From IMG/VR virus record IMGVR_UViG_3300020055_000004: a stretch of 64,000 bases of DNA. One strand, 5' to 3'. Position 1 is the stretch's first letter. Every line of letters starts with the position of its first letter. The translations under genes and the position numbers were made by a program. The stretch is from a virus. Of the stretch, positions 9,523-19,302 are shown piece after piece. The notes below the pieces were generated by a model. The model saw nothing but the letters and a program-made list of their open reading frames with translations, did not search any database and was not told where the DNA came from.

Positions 9523-10178
9523 TACATTACAGAAAGTTTAGTGAAGTGCCTGATGAAAAAGACTGGACTGCCGATGAATATGAAGGTATTGATGGATTAT
9601 TTTGGCTAATAAATGATAGTGGTGCATGGACCGGTCCTCTTAAAAATTGGCGTGAAGACTCGAAAGATTTTATGAGTCAAGTGAAAAACTTTGATGTTGT
9701 GATATGTGCTGGAGGAAACTGCGGTATGTATCCTCGTTTCTATGCAAACTATTTTAAAAAGGTTTATTCATGGGAACCAGATCCGGATAATTATAAATGT
9801 TTACAAATGAATTGTGATAGTGAACAATTTGAATTATTTAATGGCGCTATCAGCAATACAACAGATAAAATCTATAAATTGTACAATAATAATAAGAAGA
9901 ATGTAGGTACACATAGATTACAGAAAGACGTCAAAAATGCCAATGTAGAAATGTATAGAATAGATGACTTAAATTTAGAAAAGATTGATCTTATACATTT
10001 AGATATTGAAGGACATGAACCAATGGCCATTGAAGGTGCAAAAGAAACAATCAAAAAACACCATCCAGTTATTATTACAGAAAAAGCTAAGGGTCATCAT
10101 CTTTTAATTGAACTTGGTTATAAAGAATTTAAAAAATTAACAATGGATACAATTTACATATACGAAGGTAATTCATGA
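9510..10178 (+). CDS. FkbM-family SAM-dependent methyltransferase
   Basis: VICAGGNCGMY, WEPDPDNY and IDLIHLDIEGHE motifs. Confidence 0.85.
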   Translation: MQNLIHYRKFSEVPDEKDWTADEYEGIDGLFWLINDSGAWTGPLKNWREDSKDFMSQVKNFDVVICAGGNCGMYPRFYANYFKKVYSWEPDPDNYKCLQMNCDSEQFELFNGAISNTTDKIYKLYNNNKKNVGTHRLQKDVKNANVEMYRIDDLNLEKIDLIHLDIEGHEPMAIEGAKETIKKHHPVIITEKAKGHHLLIELGYKEFKKLTMDTIYIYEGNS

Positions 10179-11266
10179 GTGTATTTCACACTAAAAATAT
10201 TGACACAACAGCACAGCCTGCATTTTTCGGAGCAGGCGTAAACATTGCTCGTTATGACAAACAACGTTATAGCATATTTGAGAAAATGACTGATAAGCAA
10301 CTTGGTTTCTTTTGGCGACCAGAAGAAGTTGATATCGCACGTGATAGTAAAGATTTTAAAGCTTTATCAGAACAAGAACAACATATCTTTACTAGTAATC
10401 TTAAACGACAAATTCTGCTTGACTCGGTACAAGGCCGCGGCCCTGTTGAAGCCTTTCTCCCGATTTGCTCTCTGCCTGAGCTAGAAAACTGGTTGGTCAC
10501 TTGGTCATTCTTTGAGACTATTCATTCTCGTTCGTATACACATATAATTCGTAATGTATATAATGATCCTAGTAAAGTGTTTGATGAGATGCTTGATATT
10601 AAAGAGATTGTGGACTGCGCTGGTTCTATTTCGAAATATTATGATGATCTAATTTCATATAATAATGATACAGAGAATCTAAAGAAGAGAATTAAATATG
10701 ATCAATATAAACATAAGAAGTTATTGTGGTTAGCGATCAATGCAGTTAATGCGCTTGAAGGGATTAGATTTTATGTTTCGTTTGCGTGCTCGTGGGCATT
10801 TGCTGAATTAAAGAAGATGGAAGGCAACGCGAAGATTATTAAGTTCATTGCACGTGATGAAAATGTGCATATGGCTTCAACTCAACAACTTATAAAGATT
10901 CTACCAAAAGAAGACGAAGATTTTAAAAAGATTGCTACAGAATGTGAAGACGAAGTTCGTCAAATTTTTAAAGATGTTATCGATCAAGAAAAAGCATGGG
11001 CTAAGTATCTGTTTAAAGATGCGTCGATGATTGGTTTGAATGACGAGCTTCTATGCAATTATATTGATTGGTTAGGCAATAAGAGATTGTATGCAATTGG
11101 CCTCTCAAATGAACGTGGTGGTTCTGATCCATTACCGTGGACACAGAAATGGATCTCAGGTGCTGAAGTGCAAGTTGCTCCACAAGAGACCGAAATTACA
11201 TCATATATAATTGGTGGTATAAAAAAAGATATCGACGATGATACCTTTAAAGATTTTAAATTATAG
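10175..11266 (+). CDS. nrdB: Ribonucleotide reductase class Ia beta subunit
   Basis: FFWRPEE, ETIHSRSY, LEGIRFYVSFAC, RDENVH and VAPQETEITSY motifs. Confidence 0.98.
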   Translation: MSVFHTKNIDTTAQPAFFGAGVNIARYDKQRYSIFEKMTDKQLGFFWRPEEVDIARDSKDFKALSEQEQHIFTSNLKRQILLDSVQGRGPVEAFLPICSLPELENWLVTWSFFETIHSRSYTHIIRNVYNDPSKVFDEMLDIKEIVDCAGSISKYYDDLISYNNDTENLKKRIKYDQYKHKKLLWLAINAVNALEGIRFYVSFACSWAFAELKKMEGNAKIIKFIARDENVHMASTQQLIKILPKEDEDFKKIATECEDEVRQIFKDVIDQEKAWAKYLFKDASMIGLNDELLCNYIDWLGNKRLYAIGLSNERGGSDPLPWTQKWISGAEVQVAPQETEITSYIIGGIKKDIDDDTFKDFKL

Positions 11267-11277
11267 GAATAAAAAAA

Positions 11278-11892
11278 ATGAATACTGTTGATATCATGCT
11301 ATTAAGAAAAATGTATATGTTTTCTGATAGCTTTAAAAACATTTTGATAATTGGTGACAATACAGAGATTGAAGATTGGGAAGCTGTAGAAAAATTATGC
11401 ACTGAGTTTAATATTAAAGGTCGTCCTAATTGTTTTGCAGATGTATTAGAAGCTTTTGATGTGGATTCCGGAATCTTTTGTCCGGGAGATAAATTTCTAA
11501 AAACTAAATTTGAAAAAGATACAGAATACGACATTATATGGAATCGAGGCGGTTCAATGAAAGTTTTCGATCAATATAATTTCTTTAAAAAGATACATGC
11601 GTTAACTCGAGTTAAGGGTTTGATTTGCAATACTAGTATATGGCATATGGGACTAGATAATAATTATTTTAATTATCAACCTAATTTTTGGCCTAAACTT
11701 CTCGGTCAAAATCAATATGGTCTTGTTCGTTGTTATAATTCTTGCGGGTCCGATTTTGATGATATAGAGCTAGATTACGAAGAAACTCGCTATCATTATT
11801 TAACTTCTGACATTGCAATATCTGATAGTAGACCATCATGGTTACACGTTATCAGCAGAACAACCGCAAAAGAGGAATTTGTAGGTGTTTAA
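11278..11892 (+). CDS. Hypothetical protein, possibly a degenerate methyltransferase-like fold
   Basis: 204-aa ORF; YDIIWNRGG...HALTRVKGLI...YFNYQPNFW pattern. Confidence 0.45.
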   Translation: MNTVDIMLLRKMYMFSDSFKNILIIGDNTEIEDWEAVEKLCTEFNIKGRPNCFADVLEAFDVDSGIFCPGDKFLKTKFEKDTEYDIIWNRGGSMKVFDQYNFFKKIHALTRVKGLICNTSIWHMGLDNNYFNYQPNFWPKLLGQNQYGLVRCYNSCGSDFDDIELDYEETRYHYLTSDIAISDSRPSWLHVISRTTAKEEFVGV

Positions 11893-12046
11893 AACTACTA
11901 TTAATTGCCGCGGGTGCGAAGTGAAATGCGACGTAATTATACGTCAAACTAATTATGAGCATGAAGAAATAGAAATTGCTTTTTGTCCTATTTGTAGTGC
12001 GAATATTGAAGATAATGAGGACTATATACCGGATTATGAAGAATAA
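11885..12046 (+). CDS. Small Zn-ribbon protein (53 aa, not in ORF track)
   Basis: GTG start after GAGGA; CRGC...FCPICS followed by an acidic tail. Confidence 0.65.
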   Translation: MFKTTINCRGCEVKCDVIIRQTNYEHEEIEIAFCPICSANIEDNEDYIPDYEE

Positions 12047-12617
12047 TGGTTATCCAGAAGATTGGAAAATAGATCCAGCAAATATTGATGTATCAAATTT
12101 ATTATTAGATAAAGTCGATAATAGAGTAGCTATACCTGATAAAAATACAATTTTTTCTGATATTCAAAATTCTGACTTTAAACTAGGTTGGAAAGATTCA
12201 GATTGGGATAAAGAAGTATTTTTATATTCCACTTGTACAGAATCTAGAATGTGTCAAATAATTGCTCATTATGCGATGTCTATTTGGCCTCAACATCTTG
12301 ATAATCATCGAATCGTTAGAACTGTTCTAAATGCAGGAGTGCCTGGTTCTGTATATCGAAGTCATGCTGATGATGTAGATATGTCTAAAAATACAAAAAC
12401 TGTTTTGTATATGGCCAATCCAACATGGGAACATGGTTGGGGTGGTGAGTTCAAATTTTATGATCCCTATGTACGAGATCTCGTAGGTATGTTAGAATAT
12501 AAACCTGGGCGAATGATTATATTCGATGGAAATATTCAACATACAGCTGCGTGCATTGCGTATCATGCTAGCATGTGGCGATTTACGGTAGCACAAAATT
12601 ATGTACCTATGGGATAA
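12036..12617 (+). CDS. 2OG-Fe(II) oxygenase
   Basis: HxD (HADD), WEHGWGGEFKF, YKPGRMIIFDGNIQH and distal R (WRFT); ATG at 12036 with GAGGA upstream. Confidence 0.85.
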   Translation: MKNNGYPEDWKIDPANIDVSNLLLDKVDNRVAIPDKNTIFSDIQNSDFKLGWKDSDWDKEVFLYSTCTESRMCQIIAHYAMSIWPQHLDNHRIVRTVLNAGVPGSVYRSHADDVDMSKNTKTVLYMANPTWEHGWGGEFKFYDPYVRDLVGMLEYKPGRMIIFDGNIQHTAACIAYHASMWRFTVAQNYVPMG

Positions 12618-13071
12618 AAGATTTTTAGAATTAGCTAAACACATTTCAACTTGGTCAAAAGATCCATCACGAAAAATTGGTGCCGTAGCAATAAGAGATA
12701 GACAAGTGTTGGCTACTGGATATAATGGCTTTCCAGTTGGTGTGATTGACGATGAAGATCGTTATAATGATCGCGACCAAAAATACGAGCTCGTGGTGCA
12801 CGCGGAGATGAACTGTATCTATAATGCAGGTCGCAATGGTATGTCGCTTAGGGACGCCACAATGTACGTATATGGTTTACCTGTGTGTCATGAGTGCGCT
12901 AAAGGAATCATACAAACAGGTATTAAACGTGTAGTTATACATGATACAAAATATACTGATGCAAGATGGATAAATAGTTTTGGAAAGACATTGAATCTAT
13001 TTAATGAAGCAGGTATAATTTGTGATGCAGTCGAGCTACCCGAATCCGTGGATATTACAGACTACAGGTAA
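12601..13071 (+). CDS. cd: dCMP deaminase
   Basis: WSKDPS, TGYNGFP, HAEMN and PVCHECAK Zn-deaminase motifs. Confidence 0.93.
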   Translation: MYLWDKRFLELAKHISTWSKDPSRKIGAVAIRDRQVLATGYNGFPVGVIDDEDRYNDRDQKYELVVHAEMNCIYNAGRNGMSLRDATMYVYGLPVCHECAKGIIQTGIKRVVIHDTKYTDARWINSFGKTLNLFNEAGIICDAVELPESVDITDYR

Positions 13072-13456
13072 ATCTTTAGAATCTGAAGATTGTGAAAATC
13101 ATGTTGGAATGGTCTATCTCATTGTTAATAAAAAGAACGATCGCAAATATGTTGGCAAAAAGTTCTTTTATTCTACTCGCAAACTCCCTCCTCTCAAAGG
13201 TAAAACTCGCAAACGCAAAAAAATCGTCGAATCAGATTGGCGCGATTATTGGGGATCGAGTAATGAACTTAAAGATGACATTGCTAAATATGGTCATGAT
13301 AATTTCGAACGATATGTACTACGTATATGTGACTCAAAGACAGAGTTATCTTACTACGAACTCAAAGAGCAAGTAGATCGCGGTGTACTTTTGACCGAAG
13401 AGTATTATAATGATTTTATTGGTGGTAAAATAAATGGAAAATTCCTCAGATCTTAG
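13025..13456 (+). CDS. GIY-YIG family endonuclease-like protein
   Basis: GMVYLIVNKKNDRKYVGKK...ESDWRDYWGSS...YYN motifs. Confidence 0.75.
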   Translation: MQSSYPNPWILQTTGKSLESEDCENHVGMVYLIVNKKNDRKYVGKKFFYSTRKLPPLKGKTRKRKKIVESDWRDYWGSSNELKDDIAKYGHDNFERYVLRICDSKTELSYYELKEQVDRGVLLTEEYYNDFIGGKINGKFLRS

Positions 13457-13679
13457 GATACTTGTTTTCACACTTGAAGGGTGTGAACCTTGCATGTTTT
13501 TAAAACAATATCTAGATCAAAAAGGATATGAATACACAAAAGTAGAAATTGGTGATGAAATACCAATTGAAACTTTTAATAAAATCTATCCTGACGCGAA
13601 TGGATTCCCACATACTATTGTAAACGGCGAACCTGTTTTTGATTTGATGATGTACTTAGAAAGTGGACTAGAACTATGA
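13434..13679 (+). CDS. Glutaredoxin (NrdC-like)
   Basis: CEPC active site; FPHTIVNG cis-Pro motif. Confidence 0.8.
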   Translation: MENSSDLRILVFTLEGCEPCMFLKQYLDQKGYEYTKVEIGDEIPIETFNKIYPDANGFPHTIVNGEPVFDLMMYLESGLEL

Positions 13680-13852
13680 TGGACGTAACACGTATTAAGA
13701 AAACAAAACAAATTGTATATCCTCTTGGAGCAAAAGATACTCAATATACTTGGGTACTTTTTCCTCTCGGTCATACAAGTAAAAAAGGCAATCGAGCTGA
13801 TTTGAGAATCGTGCGAAACGATAATTTAATAAAAGATAAGGAAGTACTATGA
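13676..13852 (+). CDS. Small hypothetical protein (58 aa, not in ORF track)
   Basis: MMDVTRIKKTKQIVYPLG...KEVL*; ATGA overlaps at both ends. Confidence 0.55.
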   Translation: MMDVTRIKKTKQIVYPLGAKDTQYTWVLFPLGHTSKKGNRADLRIVRNDNLIKDKEVL

Positions 13853-14877
13853 CAGCTATTATCGATGGCAAATATCACTATCTTTGGTCATCAAAAGAAG
13901 TACCAGATTCCAGAGGTGGCACCGAACGATTAACAGAACGATTGAGTCAAGAAATTGATCAAGAACTTTTGTCTAAGTTTATTATTATTTCTTCGCGTTT
14001 GCATCCGGATGAGAATGTATTTTTAAGAGACGATAAGATTCGAATCTTTTGGGCCCATGATTTGCCAGGAGATCCAGCAATGGATTTTCTTAAAACCAAT
14101 AAGAAAGATTGGTTTCACAAATATGTTTTTGTAAGCACGTGGCAAATGCAACGCGCTATTGAAATGTATAATCTACCTTGGGAAAAATGTATTGTTATAC
14201 AGAATGCAATTGATCCAATTAATATATCTCCTAAACCTAGTATTAGTGAAGGAATTAGATTTGTATATCATTCAGTGCCTCGTAAAGGTTTGAACATTGT
14301 TATTGCTGCTTTTGAACAGCTGGCAAAAAAATATCCAAACGTACATCTTGATGTGTATTCTTCATATAATTTGTATGGATGGCCTAACGCAGATGAAGAG
14401 TTAGGCTTTAATGATTTGTTTACAATGATTGATGAACATCCTCAGATGACCAATCATGGTGCAGTAGAAAATGATAGAGTACGAATAGCATTGAATGATG
14501 CCCATGTTTGGGTACATCCTGCATCATTTGCAGAAACATCATGTATGTGTTTAATGGAAGCTATGAGTGCAGGCGCGGTGTGTGTTCATTCAAATTATGG
14601 TGCGATGTATGAAACGGCAGCAAATTGGACACAAATGTATCAATTTTCACCTGATCAGCGCGCGCATGCTGGTATTCTATTGGCCAACTTGGAAGGTGTA
14701 GTACAAAATATTGAACCAATGCTAGCAAATACTGGATCTCAAAAAGCTTTTGCTGATGTGTTTTATTCATGGACGAATAGAAAATTGGAGTGGAATGCTC
14801 TACTTCAAGGTTTGGTAAATACTATTAAGGACACTAGTGTTCCTCAAGAAATGTTTACTATTAAGACAGGCACATGA
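13849..14877 (+). CDS. Glycosyltransferase (GT-B, GT4-like)
   Basis: GGTE, HSVPRKGL and ETSCMCLMEAMSAG (EX7E) motifs. Confidence 0.88.
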   Translation: MTAIIDGKYHYLWSSKEVPDSRGGTERLTERLSQEIDQELLSKFIIISSRLHPDENVFLRDDKIRIFWAHDLPGDPAMDFLKTNKKDWFHKYVFVSTWQMQRAIEMYNLPWEKCIVIQNAIDPINISPKPSISEGIRFVYHSVPRKGLNIVIAAFEQLAKKYPNVHLDVYSSYNLYGWPNADEELGFNDLFTMIDEHPQMTNHGAVENDRVRIALNDAHVWVHPASFAETSCMCLMEAMSAGAVCVHSNYGAMYETAANWTQMYQFSPDQRAHAGILLANLEGVVQNIEPMLANTGSQKAFADVFYSWTNRKLEWNALLQGLVNTIKDTSVPQEMFTIKTGT

Positions 14878-15206
14878 CAAATATAATTCAATTCCCGTTA
14901 GATCGAAGAATGGATGAAATGTTATGGCAGGAATTAGAAAAAGAATTAGTTGAAAATAATGACGAACAAATTATTGTTGAAGAATTACTATCTGATTTTA
15001 TTTCTTGCCTACACGACATGTCATTTCCAATAGATGATGAAAAATTTGTATATGATATTTCGTTTTTGTATGAAAGTATGAAATCTTTAATTTTAAAATT
15101 TCATGACAAAAATCATCCAATTCAGAATTTCGCACATAATTTATATAATGAACAGATAGAACATGCTAAAGCGGCTCAAAAACAACTGGAATTGAATTTC
15201 GATTAA
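14874..15206 (+). CDS. Conserved hypothetical protein upstream of rnh
   Basis: MTNIIQFP start; HPIQ motif; synteny. Confidence 0.6.
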   Translation: MTNIIQFPLDRRMDEMLWQELEKELVENNDEQIIVEELLSDFISCLHDMSFPIDDEKFVYDISFLYESMKSLILKFHDKNHPIQNFAHNLYNEQIEHAKAAQKQLELNFD

Positions 15207-15208
15207 CT

Positions 15209-15238
15209 GTTTACAATGATGTGAAAATACTGTAGAAT
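15209..15238 (+). promoter_or_regulatory. T4-type early promoter
   Basis: GTTTACA-N17-TAGAAT upstream of rnh. Confidence 0.75.
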
Positions 15239-15267
15239 ATAGTATTAGATTGTGATTGGAGATAACC

Positions 15268-16116
15268 GTGATTATCCTAGACTATAACCAAGTAGCTCTT
15301 GCTAACTTGATGGTGACAGGAACAAAGAACCTCGAAATAAACGAGAACTTACTGCGTCATATGATTCTAAACTCGATTCGTATGAATAAGGTCAAGTTCG
15401 AAAAAGAATTTGGTGAGCTAATCATCGCCTGCGACGCTACGTCTAACTGGCGAAAACAGTACTTTCCTTATTATAAAGCGAATCGTAAGAAGAGCCGCGA
15501 TGACTCTTCTCTTGATTGGAATGAGATCTTTCGTATTCTTAATCAAGTGCGCGATGAGCTCACTGAATATTTTCCGTACCCTACTATTCGTGTAGAAACT
15601 GCAGAAGCCGACGATGTTATTGCTACTCTTGTACATGAGCATGGACGTGAACTAGGTGGTGAGCCCATTCTAATCCTCTCTGGTGACAAAGACTTTCAGC
15701 AATTGCAAAAATATGCCAACGTACAGCAATACGATCCAACACGTAAGCGATGGATTCGCTGTCAAGATCCTGAAACGTTTTTGATTGAACATATCTTCAA
15801 AGGCGATGCGAGCGATGGCATTCCAAATGTCCTCAGTGAGGATGATACCTTTGCAGTCGGTGGACGACAAAAACCATTGCGCGCTACTAAGTTGTACGAA
15901 ATGAGAGATTCATCGCCTGATTCTTGGCCTAGAGAAATTCAGCGCAATTATAAACGCAATCGTATGATGATCGATCTGTCTAATGTGCCAGGTGATATTC
16001 GTAATCAGACAATGACTGATTATCGTAAACAACAATCAAAAGATAGATCAAAACTCTTTAACTACTTTATTAAGTATAAACTCAAAAATTTGACTGAAGC
16101 AATAGCGGAGTTCTAA
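15268..16116 (+). CDS. rnh: T4 RNase H (5'-3' exonuclease, FEN family)
   Basis: YYKANR, EADDVI, SGDKDFQQL and GDASDGIPN motifs; GTG start after GGAG. Confidence 0.93.
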   Translation: MIILDYNQVALANLMVTGTKNLEINENLLRHMILNSIRMNKVKFEKEFGELIIACDATSNWRKQYFPYYKANRKKSRDDSSLDWNEIFRILNQVRDELTEYFPYPTIRVETAEADDVIATLVHEHGRELGGEPILILSGDKDFQQLQKYANVQQYDPTRKRWIRCQDPETFLIEHIFKGDASDGIPNVLSEDDTFAVGGRQKPLRATKLYEMRDSSPDSWPREIQRNYKRNRMMIDLSNVPGDIRNQTMTDYRKQQSKDRSKLFNYFIKYKLKNLTEAIAEF

Positions 16117-16117
16117 A

Positions 16118-16549
16118 ATGCCACAACCAAAAATGATCAGTGCCATCCTTAAGGAAATCGAGGATACACCGGGTCGAAAAGAAAAAATTAAGAAACTACA
16201 GGATCAATCATCTAATGGTCCTTTAAAAGCTGTTCTACAGGCTGTTTTCGATGACCGTATTATATTTGAGCTTCCACCCGGTGATCCACCATATAATGAA
16301 CCGGAAGATATGCTGGACAATACTGGAGGTTTATATCAAGAGTTTAGAAAGTTTTATATCTTTACGAAAAATCAACGCAGTGCTCAAATGCGTCAGATGA
16401 AACGTGAACAAGCATTTATTCAGATGTTGGAAAGTGTTCATCCAGATGATGCTAAACTATTGTTGTCGATGAAAGATAAGAAGATGCCATATAAAGGTAT
16501 TACTAAAAAACTTGTATGTGATGCGTATGGAGAGGATTTTGTCAAATGA
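16118..16549 (+). CDS. Conserved T4-like hypothetical protein
   Basis: LPPGDPPY...KREQAFIQMLESVHPDDA...YKGITKKLV; syntenic after rnh. Confidence 0.7.
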   Translation: MPQPKMISAILKEIEDTPGRKEKIKKLQDQSSNGPLKAVLQAVFDDRIIFELPPGDPPYNEPEDMLDNTGGLYQEFRKFYIFTKNQRSAQMRQMKREQAFIQMLESVHPDDAKLLLSMKDKKMPYKGITKKLVCDAYGEDFVK

Positions 16550-16713
16550 GTAAGTCTAAGCGTGATCGTAATCATCGTCGAGAAGAAGCTCGTTATAGTG
16601 ACGGTAATAGGAAGAACGTAAAAGAAAATAATCAACGCGTCGAAAAAAGAGTAAAAAATCTTTTTAGAAGTGGTAATATTGAGCAGCTTGTAGAAGCCGA
16701 AATTTATAAATAA
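16546..16713 (+). CDS. Small basic hypothetical protein (55 aa, not in ORF track)
   Basis: MSKSKRDRNHRREE...EAEIYK*; GAGGA RBS; ATGA overlap. Confidence 0.55.
   Translation: MSKSKRDRNHRREEARYSDGNRKNVKENNQRVEKRVKNLFRSGNIEQLVEAEIYK
16705..16712 (+). promoter_or_regulatory. T4 late (gp55) promoter TATAAATA
   Basis: Exact consensus 5 nt before ATG 16718. Confidence 0.65.
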
Positions 16714-16717
16714 AATC

Positions 16718-16954
16718 ATGCCAACCTATGTCTATCGAAATACTGAGACTGGTGAGCTAGAGGAGCACATCCACAAGATCTCAGAAATGGATTCGTTTAC
16801 AGCAGCGAATCCTCATCTTACGCGGCAAATTCAATCATTTGGAACTATTCGTGGAACCGGCGTCGGGAAATCAAAACCTGACGACGGCTTTCGTGATGTC
16901 CTGAAATCTATTAAAAAGGCTTCAGGAAAAGGCTCAACTATAAACACATTTTAA
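16718..16954 (+). CDS. FmdB-like small protein
   Basis: MPTYVYRNTETGE...KPDDGFRDVLKSIKK; conserved before phoH in T4-like phages. Confidence 0.7.
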   Translation: MPTYVYRNTETGELEEHIHKISEMDSFTAANPHLTRQIQSFGTIRGTGVGKSKPDDGFRDVLKSIKKASGKGSTINTF

Positions 16955-17016
16955 GGAGGCTATACAACCCTTATATTATGATAACTTAAATTCACTAACA
17001 ACAAAAAGGGTTATCT

Positions 17017-17796
17017 ATGCAACTTTCAAAAAGACAAAGACGTCAGCTCAAGAAACAAGGAATCCTCGATTCCAATGACATGACTCGAGTACCTCAGAAA
17101 GGCATGAAACTAGCAACGATTCATCCTAAAACCGAAAATCAGCAAAAGACTTTCGAAGCATATGATGAAGGACAACATTTGATCCTACACGGTTCACCGG
17201 GAACTGGCAAAACGTTCCTCTCCCTTTACCTCGCACTCTACGATTTGTTTGAATATAAGGAGAATACATACGAAAAAATCGTAGTCATTCGTTCAGCTCA
17301 GCCATCTAAAGACATGGGGTTTCTGCCAGGATCAGAAGCACAGAAGATGGCAAACTATCAAGCACCTTATAAAGCAATTGCATCTGAAATTTTTGGCCGT
17401 GGTGACGCCTATGAAATACTTAAACAAAAGATGCTAATAGAATTTCAATCAACATCGTTTCTTCGAGGCACTACAATTGACAACGCGGTCATCATCCTCG
17501 ACGAAGCACAAAACCTCAGTTATATGGAGCTAAAAACAGTACTCACTCGCGTTGGAGAAAACAGCAGAATCATTATTTGTGGCGATGTTTTACAAGACGA
17601 CCTTACAAGCACAAGATATAATCAGCAATCTGGTCTAGTCCAAGCTATGAACGTATTTAAAGATGTACCATCGATGACATTAATCGAGTTTGACATAGAA
17701 GATATTGTACGTTCAGGATTTGTGAAAGAATTTATTATCGCTGAGAGTAATCTCTATGATCGATCTCATATCGTGGATATTCGGGCAGTAGCATAA
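17017..17796 (+). CDS. phoH: PhoH-like ATPase
   Basis: GSPGTGKT, GFLPG, FLRGTT, ILDEAQN, GDVLQDDL and DIVRSGFV motifs. Confidence 0.95.
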   Translation: MQLSKRQRRQLKKQGILDSNDMTRVPQKGMKLATIHPKTENQQKTFEAYDEGQHLILHGSPGTGKTFLSLYLALYDLFEYKENTYEKIVVIRSAQPSKDMGFLPGSEAQKMANYQAPYKAIASEIFGRGDAYEILKQKMLIEFQSTSFLRGTTIDNAVIILDEAQNLSYMELKTVLTRVGENSRIIICGDVLQDDLTSTRYNQQSGLVQAMNVFKDVPSMTLIEFDIEDIVRSGFVKEFIIAESNLYDRSHIVDIRAVA

Positions 17797-17801
17797 ATAT
17801 A

Positions 17802-17830
17802 TGTACAAATCGAATATGATGTGATAGAAT
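17802..17830 (+). promoter_or_regulatory. Early promoter
   Basis: TGTACA-N17-TAGAAT with extended TG. Confidence 0.7.
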
Positions 17831-17839
17831 CTTTATATT

Positions 17840-18511
17840 ATGAAAACATTTATACACAAACCATTTGAGCCTAAGACACTCAAACAAATCAACGAAAATG
17901 GCCAAAGGCTGTATGTAACCGAAAGTGGAGAAAAATACCCATCGGTTACTACGGCCCTTGGTGCTCTTAATCGTAAAAAAATCTATGAATGGCGCAAACG
18001 CGTCGGCGCTGACGTAGCCAATAAGATTTCAACACAGGCATCACGTGCTGGTACTGCAGTGCACCATGTTGCTGAGGATTATGTCCTTGGCCAAATGAAA
18101 GAAGATGTCAATCCTATTGCATTGAATACATTTAGAACCATTCAACCACAATTAGATCAGAACGTAGATGAAATCTATGGTGTTGAACTTCGTATGTATT
18201 CTGATGTACTTAAGACTGCTGGCACAGCCGATCTTATTTGTAGATATGCCGGTAAAAATACTGTGCTAGATTTTAAAACATCGAAGCGATGGAAAACAAA
18301 AGAAGAAATTACTACTTACTTTATGCAAGGCGCAGCCTATGCACAAATGGTCGAAGAACACTACGGCATGAAGATCGATCAGATTGTTGTTCTTATGGCA
18401 GTCGGTGGTGGTGAAGGTTCATTGGTATTCATTGAAGAACTTGATAATTGGAAATCAATGACTCATAAATTCTTTGATTTATATCATAAAGGTAAACTAA
18501 AGGATTTTTAA
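17840..18511 (+). CDS. PD-(D/E)XK exonuclease (Cas4/RecB-like)
   Basis: YPSVTT, GTAVH, AGTADLI, DFKTS and Q..AYA motifs. Confidence 0.88.
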   Translation: MKTFIHKPFEPKTLKQINENGQRLYVTESGEKYPSVTTALGALNRKKIYEWRKRVGADVANKISTQASRAGTAVHHVAEDYVLGQMKEDVNPIALNTFRTIQPQLDQNVDEIYGVELRMYSDVLKTAGTADLICRYAGKNTVLDFKTSKRWKTKEEITTYFMQGAAYAQMVEEHYGMKIDQIVVLMAVGGGEGSLVFIEELDNWKSMTHKFFDLYHKGKLKDF

Positions 18512-19149
18512 TGCATAAGAACGCTTACGCGGTATCACCTGCAGCAGTTGCAAATGATGTGTGCGACGAAATTGTTCGAATAGGTGAAATGCTTGATGAT
18601 ATGCAAGCTAAAGTCGGCCGCAAAGATGCTACAGCAGGAATTACTCGATTATCGACAGTAACATGGTTTTCTCCTGAACAAGCTGAGAAATATGATTTAA
18701 ATTTTGATGGAATTTATACTTCGTTAAATTCTGTAATGGGTCAAGCTGCTGAAGCTGCTGGATGGGGTGATTGGAAAATTAACACCGTACAACCTTATCA
18801 ATACACTCAATATGGGCCCGGTGGTCATTATGATTGGCATCCGGATTCTTTTGCAGATCCAATGCCTGAAGATGATGAGAATGCAGGTTTGATTCGAAAG
18901 CTGAGTTTTACACTTCTACTCAGTGATCCTACTGAATATGAAGGTGGAGAATTGCTTATTGAAGATCATCAGCGCTCCGGTCCAAATGAGATCTGGCATC
19001 GCATTACCAATATGTCTCTAGTCCCTGAGTATACTCAGAAAGGGACAATGGTTGTATTTCCAAGCCATCTATGGCATAGGGTAATGCCTGTCAAAAGAGG
19101 CGTCCGGCGCTCTCTGGTGGGCTGGTTTATGGGCCCGCCGTGGACTTAG
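18511..19149 (+). CDS. 2OG-Fe(II) oxygenase (prolyl-hydroxylase-like)
   Basis: YDWHPD, RKLSFTLLLSDP.EYEGGEL, FPSHLWHRVMPV and RRSLVGW motifs. Confidence 0.9.
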   Translation: MHKNAYAVSPAAVANDVCDEIVRIGEMLDDMQAKVGRKDATAGITRLSTVTWFSPEQAEKYDLNFDGIYTSLNSVMGQAAEAAGWGDWKINTVQPYQYTQYGPGGHYDWHPDSFADPMPEDDENAGLIRKLSFTLLLSDPTEYEGGELLIEDHQRSGPNEIWHRITNMSLVPEYTQKGTMVVFPSHLWHRVMPVKRGVRRSLVGWFMGPPWT

Positions 19150-19220
19150 ATCAAAAAGTTATATACTTAGACGAAAATAGTCTAAAAAAAGTGAAAAAAG
19201 TTCGAAAAAAATCGTAACAA

Positions 19221-19269
19221 AATCAATAAGTTACAACTCTCAAAAAACTCCTTTAAAATCAATAACTTA
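19221..19269 (+). promoter_or_regulatory. Two IHF-consensus boxes (WATCAANNNNTTR) in direct repeat
   Basis: AATCAATAAGTTA (19221-19233) and AATCAATAACTTA (19257-19269), each with upstream A-tracts. Confidence 0.65.
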
Positions 19270-19272
19270 GAG

Positions 19273-19302
19273 GTGTACATTTCCATGCCTGCTTGATAGA
19301 AT
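19273..19302 (+). promoter_or_regulatory. Strong early promoter
   Basis: GTGTACA-N17-TAGAAT with extended TG; heads the small-ORF cluster. Confidence 0.75.

Noticed and set aside
7231-11266. Group I introns or inteins in nrdA/nrdB
   Set aside because: Both ORFs are continuous and of normal length
17840-18511. Cas4-like nuclease as part of a CRISPR system
   Set aside because: Stand-alone PD-(D/E)XK exonuclease in its usual place after phoH; no array or cas1/cas2
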